From positions 64,001 through 128,000 of the forward strand of contig CAVWFS010000010.1 in NCBI GenBank assembly GCA_963754315.1: DNA of 64,000 bases, given 5' to 3'. The translations under genes and the position numbers were made by a program. The stretch is from an uncultured Candidatus Rokubacteria bacterium (GTDB taxonomy: Bacteria; Methylomirabilota; Methylomirabilia; Rokubacteriales; CSP1-6). The notes under the pieces are model-generated. The model was not told the origin of the DNA, did not search any database, and worked only from the letters and a program-made list of their open reading frames with translations. Below, piece by piece: positions 11,210 to 21,412 of this stretch (the first letter of the stretch is position 1; each line of letters opens with the position of its first letter).

Positions 11210-11540
11210 ATGATCGTGCGGTACGTGATCAACACGCTGAAGCCCGGGGTGGAGCCTGCCGGCTACGAGAGGTGGCTGCGAGAGTACGACTATCCCGTGG
11301 CCAAGACCTTGCCCAGCATCATCAGCTACAAGACATTCCGCATCGAGGGGCCCATCCACAACGCTCCCGCCGATGCTGCCTGGCGTTACATCGAGCGCAT
11401 CGAGATCCGGGACCTGGACCAGTACCAGAAAGACATCGCGTCACCGGCCGGGCAGGAGCTGATCCGCCAGCTTTACGAGACATTACTGCGACCGCACCAA
11501 GACCATCTTCTTCGCCACCGAGCCCATCGAGGAGTCGTGA
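11210..11540 (+). CDS. REDY/HapK-like (EthD-like dimeric alpha+beta barrel) protein, probable frameshift at ~11483
   Basis: LKPGVEPAGYERWLREYDYP...LPSI...YIERIEIRDLDQY. Removing one T gives a natural-looking end YCDRTKTIFFATEPIEES*. Confidence 0.65.
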
Positions 11541-11638
11541 CGAAAGGAGCCTCGCCATGAACTCCAGATGTGGTGCATGAGATCGAATGGGGCTGGATCG
11601 GCCCCTCGCCGCGCGCTCTTCCCTCGTAACGTTTGGGG

Positions 11639-13117
11639 TTACGCCAGCAGCACCAACGGTCCCGTGGTCCGGCGTGCCTCGAGATCGCGGTGGGCGTCGG
11701 CGGCGGCGGCGAGGGGATAGCGGTGGCGTAGCTCCACGCGCAGGGTGCCCTCGCGCAGTGCCCCGAACACGCGCTCGGCCATCTCGCGCCTCGTCTTAGG
11801 CTCCGCCGTGTAGTGAAAGAGAACGGGGCGACTCAGGGTCAGCGACTTTTCGGTCAGCCTTTCTACCTCGAGCGGCGGCAGCGGTCCGCTGGCCTGCCCG
11901 TAGCTGACCCAGTGACCGCAGGCCGCGACCGCCTCGAGGTTCGCGTCCAGCGCCGCCCGCCCGAGCCCGTCGAAGATCACGTCGACCCCTCGGCCATCCG
12001 CCGCCTCGCGCACGGCCTCCGCGAAGCGATAGTCAGGGCTGACGATCGGCACGTCACAACCATTGGCGCGGGCGACCCGAGCCTTCTCTTCGCTCGAGAC
12101 CGTACCGATCACCCGGGCACCCAGCGCTTTCGCCCACTGACAGAGGAAAAGGCCCACGCCACCGGCGGCGGCATGCACCAGTACGACCTCGCCCGCGCGC
12201 ACCCGATGGACCCGGTGTAGCAGGTACTCGGCCGTCATGCCTTTCAGCATCACCGCCGCCGCCGTCTCGTCATCGACGTCGTCGGGCAACGCGACCACCT
12301 GGTCAGCGCGCATGGTCCGCACGCCGACGTAAGCGCCCGGGGGTAAGCACGCATAGGCCACGCGATCGTCGGCGAGCACGTGCGCGACACCAGGGCCGAC
12401 ATCGATCACGATCCCAGCCGCCTCCATGCCGAGCGTTCCGCCCGGTTCGATCAGCCTCACCAGACCCTGGCGCGCGTACACGTCGATGTAGTTCACGCCG
12501 ATCGCCGTCTGCCGAATCCTCACCTCGCCCGGACCAGGTGCGGGGGCCGGTAGGGATTGGTTGCGGAGCACGTCTGGACCCCCGAAGCCCGTGATCACGA
12601 CCCCCTGGGTGGGCATGGACGCGCCGCCCGGCGCCTGCCGAGCGGGTGTCCCACGGCTGGGCTGTTGAAACGCGGTTTGAGCTGTCCGCAGGTAGGCACG
12701 CAGGCCCTCGAAGCCGCCTTCGTAGACGGCGGTGCCCACCAGATCGGCCAGTTCGCGCTCCTGATTCGGTGGCGCCTCGAACGTGCTCTGCCAGTGCCAG
12801 AACGTACGCTCGCCGTCCGTTACCCGCTTGAGCTGCAGGGTGGCCACGTAGCGGCGCATGGGCAGGGTCGCGTCGAGGATGCAGTACGTCGAGAGATGCT
12901 CGCGGTCGGAAAGCGCGAGGAGCTGTTCTCGGATGCGATGACCGTCGCGGAGAGTGAAACGGCGAACACAGCCCACCTGATCAGACGGCTCGCCACCCTC
13001 GATCTCGGACTCGGCAACGAGCGGGTGCCAGGCGCGATGGCTGTTGAAGTCGCGCAGGACAGCCCACACGCGCTCGATGGGGGCGTCGACGACGGCGGAG
13101 CGCGTGACGCGGACCAC
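11639..13117 (-). CDS. SRPBCC domain fused to an NADPH:quinone oxidoreductase (MDR family)
   Basis: N-terminal VWAVLRDFN...VGCVRRFTLRDG...IREQLLALSD; C-terminal AIGVNYID, LGMEAAG, HAAAGGVG, SYGQASG. Confidence 0.88.
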   Translation of the reverse strand: MVRVTRSAVVDAPIERVWAVLRDFNSHRAWHPLVAESEIEGGEPSDQVGCVRRFTLRDGHRIREQLLALSDREHLSTYCILDATLPMRRYVATLQLKRVTDGERTFWHWQSTFEAPPNQERELADLVGTAVYEGGFEGLRAYLRTAQTAFQQPSRGTPARQAPGGASMPTQGVVITGFGGPDVLRNQSLPAPAPGPGEVRIRQTAIGVNYIDVYARQGLVRLIEPGGTLGMEAAGIVIDVGPGVAHVLADDRVAYACLPPGAYVGVRTMRADQVVALPDDVDDETAAAVMLKGMTAEYLLHRVHRVRAGEVVLVHAAAGGVGLFLCQWAKALGARVIGTVSSEEKARVARANGCDVPIVSPDYRFAEAVREAADGRGVDVIFDGLGRAALDANLEAVAACGHWVSYGQASGPLPPLEVERLTEKSLTLSRPVLFHYTAEPKTRREMAERVFGALREGTLRVELRHRYPLAAAADAHRDLEARRTTGPLVLLA

Positions 13118-13123
13118 GCTGCC

Positions 13124-13561
13124 CTACCGGCGGAACAAGCTCTTCAGAGTGTCGAACCCGCTTTGAAATACCCCTTGGCCAATGCTCTGGGCTAGCTCGG
13201 CTTGCCGGGCCGGCGCACAGTCGAACTCGGCCCACCACTCGGCAAACGTGCGCTCACCGTCGGTGACGGGAGTGAGCTTGAGGGTGGCCACGTAGTTCTC
13301 CACCCCCAGCGGACTTTCGAGGATCGAATATGTGCACTGAAAATCGTAGTCGGAGAGGGCCAGAAGCTGCTCGCGGATCATGCCGCCGTCCTTGAGGCGA
13401 AAGTTCCTGACGCAGCCGACGGTATCGGGGGCCATGCCCCCTTCGATTCGCGATTCGGCCACGAACGGGGTCCATTTCGGCAGCGCGTTGAAGTCGCGGA
13501 TCTGCGCCCACACCTGATCGGCGGACGCGTCGATCACGCTCGAGACATACACCTTGATCAT
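13124..13561 (-). CDS. SRPBCC (polyketide cyclase/MxaD-like) family protein
   Basis: MIKVYVSSVIDASADQVWAQIRDFNALPKW...VGCVRNFRLKDGGMIREQLLALSD. Clear paralogue of the neighbouring N-terminal domain. Confidence 0.85.
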   Translation of the reverse strand: MIKVYVSSVIDASADQVWAQIRDFNALPKWTPFVAESRIEGGMAPDTVGCVRNFRLKDGGMIREQLLALSDYDFQCTYSILESPLGVENYVATLKLTPVTDGERTFAEWWAEFDCAPARQAELAQSIGQGVFQSGFDTLKSLFRR

Positions 13562-13570
13562 TCGTTTACA

Positions 13571-13639
13571 TGGGGGGCCCCGACATGGCCCCCCAACCCC
13601 CCAACGTTCGGAGCACCCCGGGAAACCCGGGGCGCTCCT
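13571..13639. repeat. Intergenic GC-rich double-hairpin (REP-like) element
   Basis: GGGGGGCC-ccgacat-GGCCCCCC followed by GGAGCACCCCGGG-aaa-CCCGGGGCGCTCC (one mismatch). Only one full copy is in the window. Confidence 0.6.
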
Positions 13640-13664
13640 CGGTCCACGCTGCGCGAAGCATCGC

Positions 13665-15372
13665 CTACTCGTCGGGAACGGGGCCGCTGCCGAGCGCCCC
13701 GGGTCGAGCGGCCCCCTTCTCGAGCAAGCCACGGGCGGCCTGGCCGACGTCGCCGGCATCGATGCCGATCTCGCGCAGGAGCTGATCGACCAGGGGAGCT
13801 TGCGCTCGGAAGCGCAGGGCCGAGTTCACTACGCTGTCGGCGAAGCTTCCCTCGCTGGCGCGACCGTCCCCACGGCCGCCACTTCCCCCGCCCAGCCCTT
13901 CCACATGGAGGATCTTGATGCCCTCGATCCGCTCCATCGGCTTGACCGACTCACGGATGATCACGTCGAGCTTCTCGATGAGTCTCAGGCGCATGGCCGA
14001 CAGCCGGGCCTCCGGCGTCAGCACATTCTGGGCCTCGTTCATGAGGCGCGTTCCCTCCGCTTCAACCTCGTGACGGATCCGCGCCGCCAGCGAGCGCACC
14101 TTCTCGGCGTCGGCGTAGGCTTCTGCCTCAGCCCTGACCGCCGCCCCCCGGTCGCCCGCCGCCGCCCTCTCCGCCCCCGCCGCGATGCGCACCCGGAGTG
14201 CGTCGCGCTCGGCCTCCTGCTCGGCGCCGATCAGCTCAACCCGCTTGCGCCGCTCGGCCATCTCGGTCTCGCGCACAGTGAAGACACGCTCCTCTTCGGC
14301 GGCCGCCTTGGCCCGGGCCAGATCGGCGGCTGCCTGCGCCTCCGACTGGGCCTTTGACTGCTCGGCGACGACGATGGATCGATGCTGCTCGGCCAGCTCG
14401 ACGGCCTGCCGGCGGGCGATCTCCAGCTGCTGCACCTCGCGTTCCTTGAGGATGCGTTCTTCCTCGATGGCGCGCTCGGAGACAAGGCGGGCGCGATCCA
14501 CTGCCTCCCGGGCGCCGATCTGCGCCCGCTCGGCCTCCTGCTCACGGTCGGCGCGCTGGCGGGCAACCTCGGCACGCTGGGCGGCGCGCTGGATCTCCAG
14601 CTCGCGCTCCTGGGCGAGACGCGCGTACTCCAGCTCGCGATCGATGTCGAGGGCCTGGCGCTCGGTGTCCAGATTCTTGTTCCGCATCTGAATCATCGTG
14701 TCCTGCTCGATGTCGTTGCGGATCTTCTTGCGCCGCTCGATCTGCTCGGTCAGCCGGGTCAAGCCCCTCGGCGTCGAAGGCGTTGGATGGATTGAAGAAC
14801 TCGAGCGCAGTCTGGTCGAGCTGGGTGAGGGAGACTGCCTCCAGCTCGAGGCCGTTCTGAAGGAGGTCGCTGGCGACCACGCTCTTCACGCGCTTGACGT
14901 ACTCGCCCCGTTTCTCGTGAAGCTCCTCCATCGTCATCTCGGCGGCCACCGTGCGCAGCGCATCCACGAACTTGCCTTCCACCAGCTCTTTCAGGGTCTC
15001 CGGTTGCAGGGTGCGCTGACCCAGGGTCTGGGCGGCGGCGGCGATGGGCTCCACTCCTGCCCGCACCCGCACGTAGAACTCGGAGATCACGTCGACCCGC
15101 ATGCGATCCTTCGTGATCAGTGCTTTGTCGCGACCGCGGGACACCTCCAGCCTGAGCGTGTTCATGTTGACGGGCACCACCTCGTGGACGATGGGCAGGA
15201 CGAAGGCGCCGCCGTTCATCACCACCTTCTGACCGCCGAGGCCGGTGCGCACGAAGGCCCGTTCCTTGGACGAGCGCAGGTACAGCCAGTTCATGAGCCA
15301 CACCACGATGGCGACCACGATGGCCGCCGCGATCACGACGAGGACGAGGGCGCCGAATTGCGCTCCACTCAT
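13665..15372 (-). CDS. Flotillin/SPFH-family membrane protein (YqiK-like), frameshift at ~14763
   Basis: N-terminal TM, AFVRTGLGGQKVV, ALITKDRMRVDV, FFNPSNAFDAEGL, then TRLTEQIE coiled coil and VKPMERIEGIKIL...SALRFRAQAPLVD in ORF 13665-14762. The shift falls at a G run. Confidence 0.9.
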
Positions 15373-15387
15373 GACGGTCTCCTTGCT

Positions 15388-16218
15388 TCAGCGCCTGATG
15401 CGCTTGAACTTGCGAGTGGTCTCCGTCAGTGCCACCTCGGTCGGCAGGCGCTCCATGCTGGAGGCGCCGTAGAAGCCATGACAACCTCGGCAGTTCCGGA
15501 GGATGTAGCGAGCGTCCGAAGGGCGGGCAATCGGGCCCCCGTGACACAACACGATGATCTCGTTTCGCACCTCGCGGGCGGCCGCCGCCCACGCCTCGAT
15601 CCTCGGGACGCAGTTCTTCAGGGTGAGAGCGGTCTCGGCGCCGATGGCACCGCCCGTGGTGAGCCCAAGATGGCAGACGACAATGTCGGCTCCGGCCTTG
15701 GCCATGTCGATCGCGTTCTGCTCCGAGAAGACGTACGGGGTGGTGAGCAGATCCATCTCATGAGCCGCGCGGATCATGCCGACTTCCAGCGCATATCCCA
15801 TCCCGGTCTCCTCGAGCTGAGCCCGGATCGTTCCGTCGAAGAGACCCACCGTGGGGAAATTCTGTACTCCGGAGAACCCCAGCGCGGCCAGGCGAGCCAG
15901 GAAGTCGCCCGTGATCATGAAGGGGTCAGTCCCATTCACGCCGGCCAGCACCGGCGTCCGCTGGACCACGGGCAGTACCTCACGCGCCATGTCCAGCACG
16001 ATCTCGTTCGCGTTGCCGTAGGCGAGCAGGCCGGCCAGGGATCCCCGACCGGCCATGCGGTAGCGGCCGGAATTGTAGATGACGATCAGATCGATTCCTC
16101 CCGCCTCCTCGCACTTGGCCGAGAGGCCGGTGCCGGCGCCGCCGCCGATGATCGGCTCACCGCGCCGGATCATGGCCCGGAACTTCTTGAGGATGTCGGC
16201 GCGCGCTACCCGAGCCAC
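15388..16218 (-). CDS. TIM-barrel signal transduction (TBST) / 'PEP hydrolase family' protein
   Basis: [77 protein letters not shown]. Confidence 0.9.
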   Translation of the reverse strand: MARVARADILKKFRAMIRRGEPIIGGGAGTGLSAKCEEAGGIDLIVIYNSGRYRMAGRGSLAGLLAYGNANEIVLDMAREVLPVVQRTPVLAGVNGTDPFMITGDFLARLAALGFSGVQNFPTVGLFDGTIRAQLEETGMGYALEVGMIRAAHEMDLLTTPYVFSEQNAIDMAKAGADIVVCHLGLTTGGAIGAETALTLKNCVPRIEAWAAAAREVRNEIIVLCHGGPIARPSDARYILRNCRGCHGFYGASSMERLPTEVALTETTRKFKRIRR

Positions 16219-16225
16219 GATACGG

Positions 16226-18526
16226 TCACCGCGCGGCCGCCCGTTCGGCCGTGGGCGTCCCCACGATCGCGTCGAAACTGGCCACCAGCGCGTCGGCGAA
16301 CGCCTGATCGTTGATGTTGTGAGGCAACCTGAGAAGCGTGCGATTCGGTCCCGTGCGAAATCCCGCGGCGATGGTCTCGAACAACACGCGATCGGCGGCC
16401 GGGTCCCAGAAGGGCTGGCCCACCGCATCGAGCAGCGAGACCCCCCCCTCGGGGATCAAGAAGCGCACCGGACCCTCCATGCGATTGAGCTTGTCGACAA
16501 TGAACCGCCCGATGCGTGCACACTCGTCCGGCGTGGTGCGCATCAAGGTCACGTTCGGGTTGTGCCGGTGCAGGGTGCGGCTCCGAAACGATGTCGGCAC
16601 GGTGTCCATGGCCCAGAAATTCACCATGTCGAGCGCGCCGCAGGAGCCGACGTACGGTACGCGGGCGCGGATGATCGCATCGAGCCGGGCCGGCCCTGCG
16701 GAGAGGACGCCGCCGACGACCTCGTCCGCGATCTCGGTGGTGGTGACGTCGATGACTCCGGCTAGCAGGCCGGAATCCACGAGCTTTTCCATGGACTGGC
16801 CGCCAGTGCCGGTGGCATGGAAGACCAGACAGTCGTAGCGGTCCTCGAGGATCCGCGTGACGGCCTGCACGCATGGCGTGGTCAACCCGAACATGGTGAG
16901 GCCGATGGCCGGCTTCGTCTCCGACCTCGCGCCCGGCGCGCGGGCGTAGGCGATCATGCCGGCCAGCGCGTGGGCGGCGTTGGTCAGCACTCGTTCCGAG
17001 ATCCGGTTGATGCCCGCCACGTCGGTGACGGAGTACATCATGCAGATGTCGGCGGGGCCGACGTAGGGCTTCACGTCGCCCGAGGCCACCGTCGACACCA
17101 TGACTTTGGGGACCCCGATCGGTAGGCGGCGCATGGCCATGGTGGCCAACGCAGTCCCGCCCGATCCGCCCGCCGAGATGAGACCGCCCAGATCGCGTCG
17201 ACGGGTGACGAAGTGCTCGAAGGCCACGGCCATCTCGCTCACCGCCGAGCCACGCTCGCCGGTGAAGACCGCGCGCTCGCCCCTGGGATGATGCCGTGCC
17301 ACCTCGCGCGGATGGATCATGGCCGGCGACGGCTTTCCCGAGGTGGCCAGATCGACGGTGACGGTGCGGAGCCCGAGCTTGTCCAGACAGTTGCGCAGGA
17401 AGAAGAGCTCCCGACCTTTGGTGTCGAACGTACCCGCGATGTAGGCGGCGCGCCCGACCGTGGCGGCGAGAGGGAACTCCAGCACACGGGTGGGATGGCC
17501 CTCGTCTGGACGCTCCGTCACCGCGTCGGCAGACACGGGCGTTGCCAGCACTGACGGGGATACCTGGTCGAGCAGACGGTCGCGCGGCGCGGCCCTGGGA
17601 TCGGCGGCGTTCCAGCGCGTGAAGCTTCGCACGGCCCGTTCCCTGCGTTCGGTCGATGCGGGGCCGTCTTGGTCGCCGCCCGCGGCCGCGTCGTCAGCAG
17701 ATCGTCTGACCGTGTAGATGGTGATCGTGTCCGGCTCTTCTCCACCAGGAGCGACACTCTCGGACAAGGCGACCTCGTCGTCTACACCGACCCTCACGCC
17801 GAGGAGTTGCTGCTGTAGCTCGCGGTCTCCCGCTAGCTCGGCGGCCGGCATGGAGCGCGCAATGCGCCCGTTAACCATCACGTCGATGGTGTCCGCGACA
17901 TCGATGGCCACGCCCAAGTTCTGCTCGATCAGCAGCACCGAGATGTTGCCCTCGCCGGCGAGGTGTTTCAGCATGTCTGCGACCTGCCCCACGATCAGGG
18001 GGGCCAGACCCTCCGTCGGCTCGTCCATCACCAGCAGGATGGGGTTGAAGAGCAGCGCGCGGGCAATGGCAAGCATCTGTTGCTCACCGCCGGACAGCTC
18101 GGCCCCGCCGTGACCCTTCCGTTCGGCCAGCCGCGGAAACGTCTGGTACACGCGTGCCACCGTCCACGAGCCCGACTGGTCACGGGCGGCCAGCCGCAGA
18201 TGCTCATCCACAGTCAGGGAGGGCCACACGCGCCGCCCCTGGGGCACGTACCCGATGCCTTTGCCGGTGATGGTGTGCGGAGCCAGGCCCAGGATCTCCT
18301 CGCCCGCCAGGCGAACGCTGCCGGCGGCGGGCACGAGCCCGGTGATCGCGTTGCACAAGGTGGTCTTCCCCATGCCGTTGCGACCGACCACGGCGAGGAC
18401 GCCGTGATCGAGCTTGAGCGAGACCTCCTGGAGCGCGTGGGCCCGGCCGTAGTACACGTCCAGGTTCTCGATGACCAGGATGGGACGCGACGGGGACCGC
18501 GCCGGCGTGCGAGTGCGCCACCGCAT
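16226..18526 (-). CDS. LivF-type ABC ATPase fused to a Tm-1-like/UPF0261 domain
   Basis: Walker [26 protein letters not shown]; linker; then [54 protein letters not shown]. Confidence 0.88.
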   Translation of the reverse strand: MRWRTRTPARSPSRPILVIENLDVYYGRAHALQEVSLKLDHGVLAVVGRNGMGKTTLCNAITGLVPAAGSVRLAGEEILGLAPHTITGKGIGYVPQGRRVWPSLTVDEHLRLAARDQSGSWTVARVYQTFPRLAERKGHGGAELSGGEQQMLAIARALLFNPILLVMDEPTEGLAPLIVGQVADMLKHLAGEGNISVLLIEQNLGVAIDVADTIDVMVNGRIARSMPAAELAGDRELQQQLLGVRVGVDDEVALSESVAPGGEEPDTITIYTVRRSADDAAAGGDQDGPASTERRERAVRSFTRWNAADPRAAPRDRLLDQVSPSVLATPVSADAVTERPDEGHPTRVLEFPLAATVGRAAYIAGTFDTKGRELFFLRNCLDKLGLRTVTVDLATSGKPSPAMIHPREVARHHPRGERAVFTGERGSAVSEMAVAFEHFVTRRRDLGGLISAGGSGGTALATMAMRRLPIGVPKVMVSTVASGDVKPYVGPADICMMYSVTDVAGINRISERVLTNAAHALAGMIAYARAPGARSETKPAIGLTMFGLTTPCVQAVTRILEDRYDCLVFHATGTGGQSMEKLVDSGLLAGVIDVTTTEIADEVVGGVLSAGPARLDAIIRARVPYVGSCGALDMVNFWAMDTVPTSFRSRTLHRHNPNVTLMRTTPDECARIGRFIVDKLNRMEGPVRFLIPEGGVSLLDAVGQPFWDPAADRVLFETIAAGFRTGPNRTLLRLPHNINDQAFADALVASFDAIVGTPTAERAAAR

Positions 18527-19257
18527 CAGGTCCGAGATCCCCCGATGTAGATCGCCTGGACCTCGGCATCGGCCTCGATCTCGGCTGGCGTGCCGTGCTT
18601 GAGCACGTGGCCGTTGTGCATCACGGTGACCCGTTCGACGACGCGCAGGGCCACGTCGAGGTCATGCTCGATGATGATGTAGCCCATGTGAGATGGCAGT
18701 GCGGCCAGCAGGGCAATCAGCTGGCGCCGCTCGGCAGGGGAGAGGCCGGCGGCGGGTTCGTCGAACAGGATGAAACGCGGAGCCCCGGCCAGGGCCATGC
18801 CGATCTCGAGCTGACGCTGCTGGCCATGGGACAACGACGAGACGGGCTGATCGGCCACCGGTGTCAGTGCGACGCGCTGGAGCAGGTCGTCGGTGGCCAG
18901 TCGAGAGGAATGGGACGGCCGGGGACGCAGGAGGCCGAACCGCCCACGCGTCACTCCCCGGACCGCCAGGAACAGATTGTCGCGTACGGTCAGCTCGCGA
19001 AACAGGAGCGAGGATTGATAGGTGCGCCTCAAGCCCATGCGGATGCGCTCGTGGGGCGGCAGGGCCGTGACGTCCTCGCCAAAGAAGCGCACGCTACCGG
19101 CGGTGGGCGGAAAGTCGCCGGTGACGGTGTTGAACAACGTGGTCTTGCCGGCCCCGTTGGCGCCGATGAGGGCGCGCCGCTCGCCGGCGGCCACCGAGAG
19201 CGAGACGTCCTCGATCGCCCGCAGGGCGCCGAACGTGCGGGTGACGCCCTCGAGCAC
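18526..19257 (-). CDS. LivG-type ABC ATPase
   Basis: [31 protein letters not shown]. The start could lie further upstream (CTG at 19296). Confidence 0.9.
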   Translation of the reverse strand: MLEGVTRTFGALRAIEDVSLSVAAGERRALIGANGAGKTTLFNTVTGDFPPTAGSVRFFGEDVTALPPHERIRMGLRRTYQSSLLFRELTVRDNLFLAVRGVTRGRFGLLRPRPSHSSRLATDDLLQRVALTPVADQPVSSLSHGQQRQLEIGMALAGAPRFILFDEPAAGLSPAERRQLIALLAALPSHMGYIIIEHDLDVALRVVERVTVMHNGHVLKHGTPAEIEADAEVQAIYIGGSRT

Positions 19258-19309
19258 GAGAGCGTCACCCGACGTGCCGGGCGCTTGGTTCGTCAGCGCC
19301 GTCTCCCGC

Positions 19310-20572
19310 TCACGGGCAGTTTGGGACGTCGCGCGAGCCGAGGCCGACCTTGTCGAAATCGGCCTTGCTCATGCCCAGAAGCTGGTTGACGTTCGGCACC
19401 ACCCTGACCACCTTGTTGTAGAACGTCCCGTCGGCCCCCTTGGCCACCTCGGTGACAAACGTGGTCCCGATCGCCTGGCGGTTCTCGTCGAGGGTAACCA
19501 CGCCGGTCGGTGTCTGGAGCTTCAGGGTCTTGAGGGCCTCTCGGTACTTGGCCTGACCCCCCGAGAGGTCTCCCTTGACCGCCTCGAGCCCATCCAGCGC
19601 CGCCTTCATGTTGATGTAGTAGACGAAGGCGAACAGGGACGGGCTGGGAAAGCCGTCCTTGAAGTTTGCCTTGTAGTCGGCCACGAACTTCTTCCAGTCG
19701 GCGCCGTCGTAGCTGTCGGCGATGGGACCCGCCGACGGCGTCCCGAGCAGCGACTCGCGGCGCTTGCCCTTGAAGTTGAGCACGGTCTGGTCGACGGTGA
19801 TGGAGCCGCCCACCATCGGCTTGGCGCCGCCCGCCTGCTCATACTGGGTGAGGAAATTCACGGCGTCGGCGCCACCCAGGACGACCAGGAGCGCGTCCAC
19901 GTCCTGCGGCAGCTTGGCGATGACCGACGAATAGTCCTTGGCGCCCAGCGGCACCCAGGCTTTGTGCGTGACGCGCCCTCCGGCCTTGCAGTACTCCATC
20001 ATGAAGCCCTGTACCTGCGAGTACGGGAACGCATAGTCCTCGGCGATGAGGGCCATCTTCTTGTAGCCCTTGTCCTTGAACGCGAAGTCGCCAAGACCCA
20101 CCATCCACTGCGCCCCCTCGGTGTTGAAGCGGAAGAAGTTGGGCGAGGGATCGACCAGGGTTGTGGCCTGGGCGCCCGAGGAGCCATTGATGAACGTGAT
20201 GTTGGGCTGCGACTTCGAGTAGTTCTTGACGGCGATGCCCTCGGAGCCAGAGAGGGGGCCGACCATGATGTCGACCTTGTCCTGCTCGACCAGCTTGCGC
20301 GTGGCGTTGACCGCGACGTCGGGCTTGGCGTCGGACGACGCCTTGATGACCTCGATCTTCTTGCCCGCCACCATGCCGCCGCGCTGCTTCACGGCCAGTT
20401 CGGCGCCGCGCATCCCGTCCTGGCCGCCCGCCGCGAACGGCCCCTCCAGGGTGGCCAGGAGGCCGATCTTGACGACTTGCTGCGCGTTTGCGCTTCCGAC
20501 GACGGCGAACAGCACCGCCGCCACCACAGCCACCACGGCCCGGATACACCACTGACTGAAGAGTGACGTCAT
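19310..20572 (-). CDS. LivK-type ABC substrate-binding protein
   Basis: Signal peptide, VKIGLLATLEGPFA, VGPLSGSEG, PNFFRF. RBS AAGGAGG upstream. Confidence 0.9.
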   Translation of the reverse strand: MTSLFSQWCIRAVVAVVAAVLFAVVGSANAQQVVKIGLLATLEGPFAAGGQDGMRGAELAVKQRGGMVAGKKIEVIKASSDAKPDVAVNATRKLVEQDKVDIMVGPLSGSEGIAVKNYSKSQPNITFINGSSGAQATTLVDPSPNFFRFNTEGAQWMVGLGDFAFKDKGYKKMALIAEDYAFPYSQVQGFMMEYCKAGGRVTHKAWVPLGAKDYSSVIAKLPQDVDALLVVLGGADAVNFLTQYEQAGGAKPMVGGSITVDQTVLNFKGKRRESLLGTPSAGPIADSYDGADWKKFVADYKANFKDGFPSPSLFAFVYYINMKAALDGLEAVKGDLSGGQAKYREALKTLKLQTPTGVVTLDENRQAIGTTFVTEVAKGADGTFYNKVVRVVPNVNQLLGMSKADFDKVGLGSRDVPNCP

Positions 20573-20762
20573 CGTCTCCTCCTTGATGTTTGGGGGCCTG
20601 GCCCCCGCCAAATCGCCCGCTCACCAGGGTGCCGCAGAGTCACGAGGCCCCTGGGTCGCGCGGGTGCCACACTGCCCACACCGTCGTTCACGCCGAAGAC
20701 CCGTGGCGGTCTTGCCATTGAGGGCCGTTGGCTCGATCGGTCGATGTAATACGCTGTATGAC

Positions 20763-20981
20763 ATGAGATCTGTGGTGACCATCCGGCTGGATGCAGACCT
20801 GGACAAGCTACTCGACCAGCTTTGCAAGCAGACCGGCCAGACCCGAAGTGAACTTGTGCGTGATGCGCTGCGGCGACAGCTGACCCTGCGGAGATTCGAA
20901 CGCCTCCGGCGTCGAGCGCTGCCGTTTGCCGAGGCGCGCGGGTACCTGACGGACGAGGACGTCGCGCGCGACGTCTCTTGA
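20763..20981 (+). CDS. Ribbon-helix-helix (CopG-like) antitoxin
   Basis: VTIRLDADLDKLLDQLCKQTGQTRSELVRDALRRQL...GYLTDEDV. Overlaps the PIN gene. Confidence 0.82.
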   Translation: MRSVVTIRLDADLDKLLDQLCKQTGQTRSELVRDALRRQLTLRRFERLRRRALPFAEARGYLTDEDVARDVS

Positions 20982-21382
20982 GGGTGTTCCTTGACACGAA
21001 CGTCTTGGTCAGCGCCTTCGCGACGCGTGGGCTGTGCGCAGATGTGCTACGCGTCGTCCTCGGCGAGCACCCCCTCGTCACGAGCGAAGTCGTGCTGCGA
21101 GAACTCGGGCGGGTCCTGCAGAGGCGGATCGGCCTCCCACCGCGGACGGTCAAGGAGATCGTGGAGTTCCTCCGAGAGCACGAGGTGGCCCCTCGACCCG
21201 CGAGGCGAGCCGCGATTCCTCGACGCGATCCCGATGACCAATGGGTACTGGCCTCCGCGATCGAGAGCCGGGCAGATGTGCTGGTGACTGGTGATCGAGA
21301 CCTGCTGGATGTCGCGAGGTCAGTGGGCATCAAGATCGTCGACCCCCGCGGATTTTGGGAGTTCGTCCGCAAGAACGGGTAG
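20978..21382 (+). CDS. PIN-domain toxin (PIN_3-like)
   Basis: RVFLDTNVLVSA, RDPDDQWVLASA, LVTGDRDLL. Confidence 0.9.
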   Translation: MRVFLDTNVLVSAFATRGLCADVLRVVLGEHPLVTSEVVLRELGRVLQRRIGLPPRTVKEIVEFLREHEVAPRPARRAAIPRRDPDDQWVLASAIESRADVLVTGDRDLLDVARSVGIKIVDPRGFWEFVRKNG

Positions 21383-21412
21383 GACCTCGCCCGGCCGTTC
21401 AACGCGGCTGTC

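Noticed and set aside
14755..14770. Programmed ribosomal frameshifting in flotillin and other split genes
   Set aside because: I see no slippery heptamer or stimulatory structure, and the shifts are scattered across unrelated genes, consistent with sequence error.
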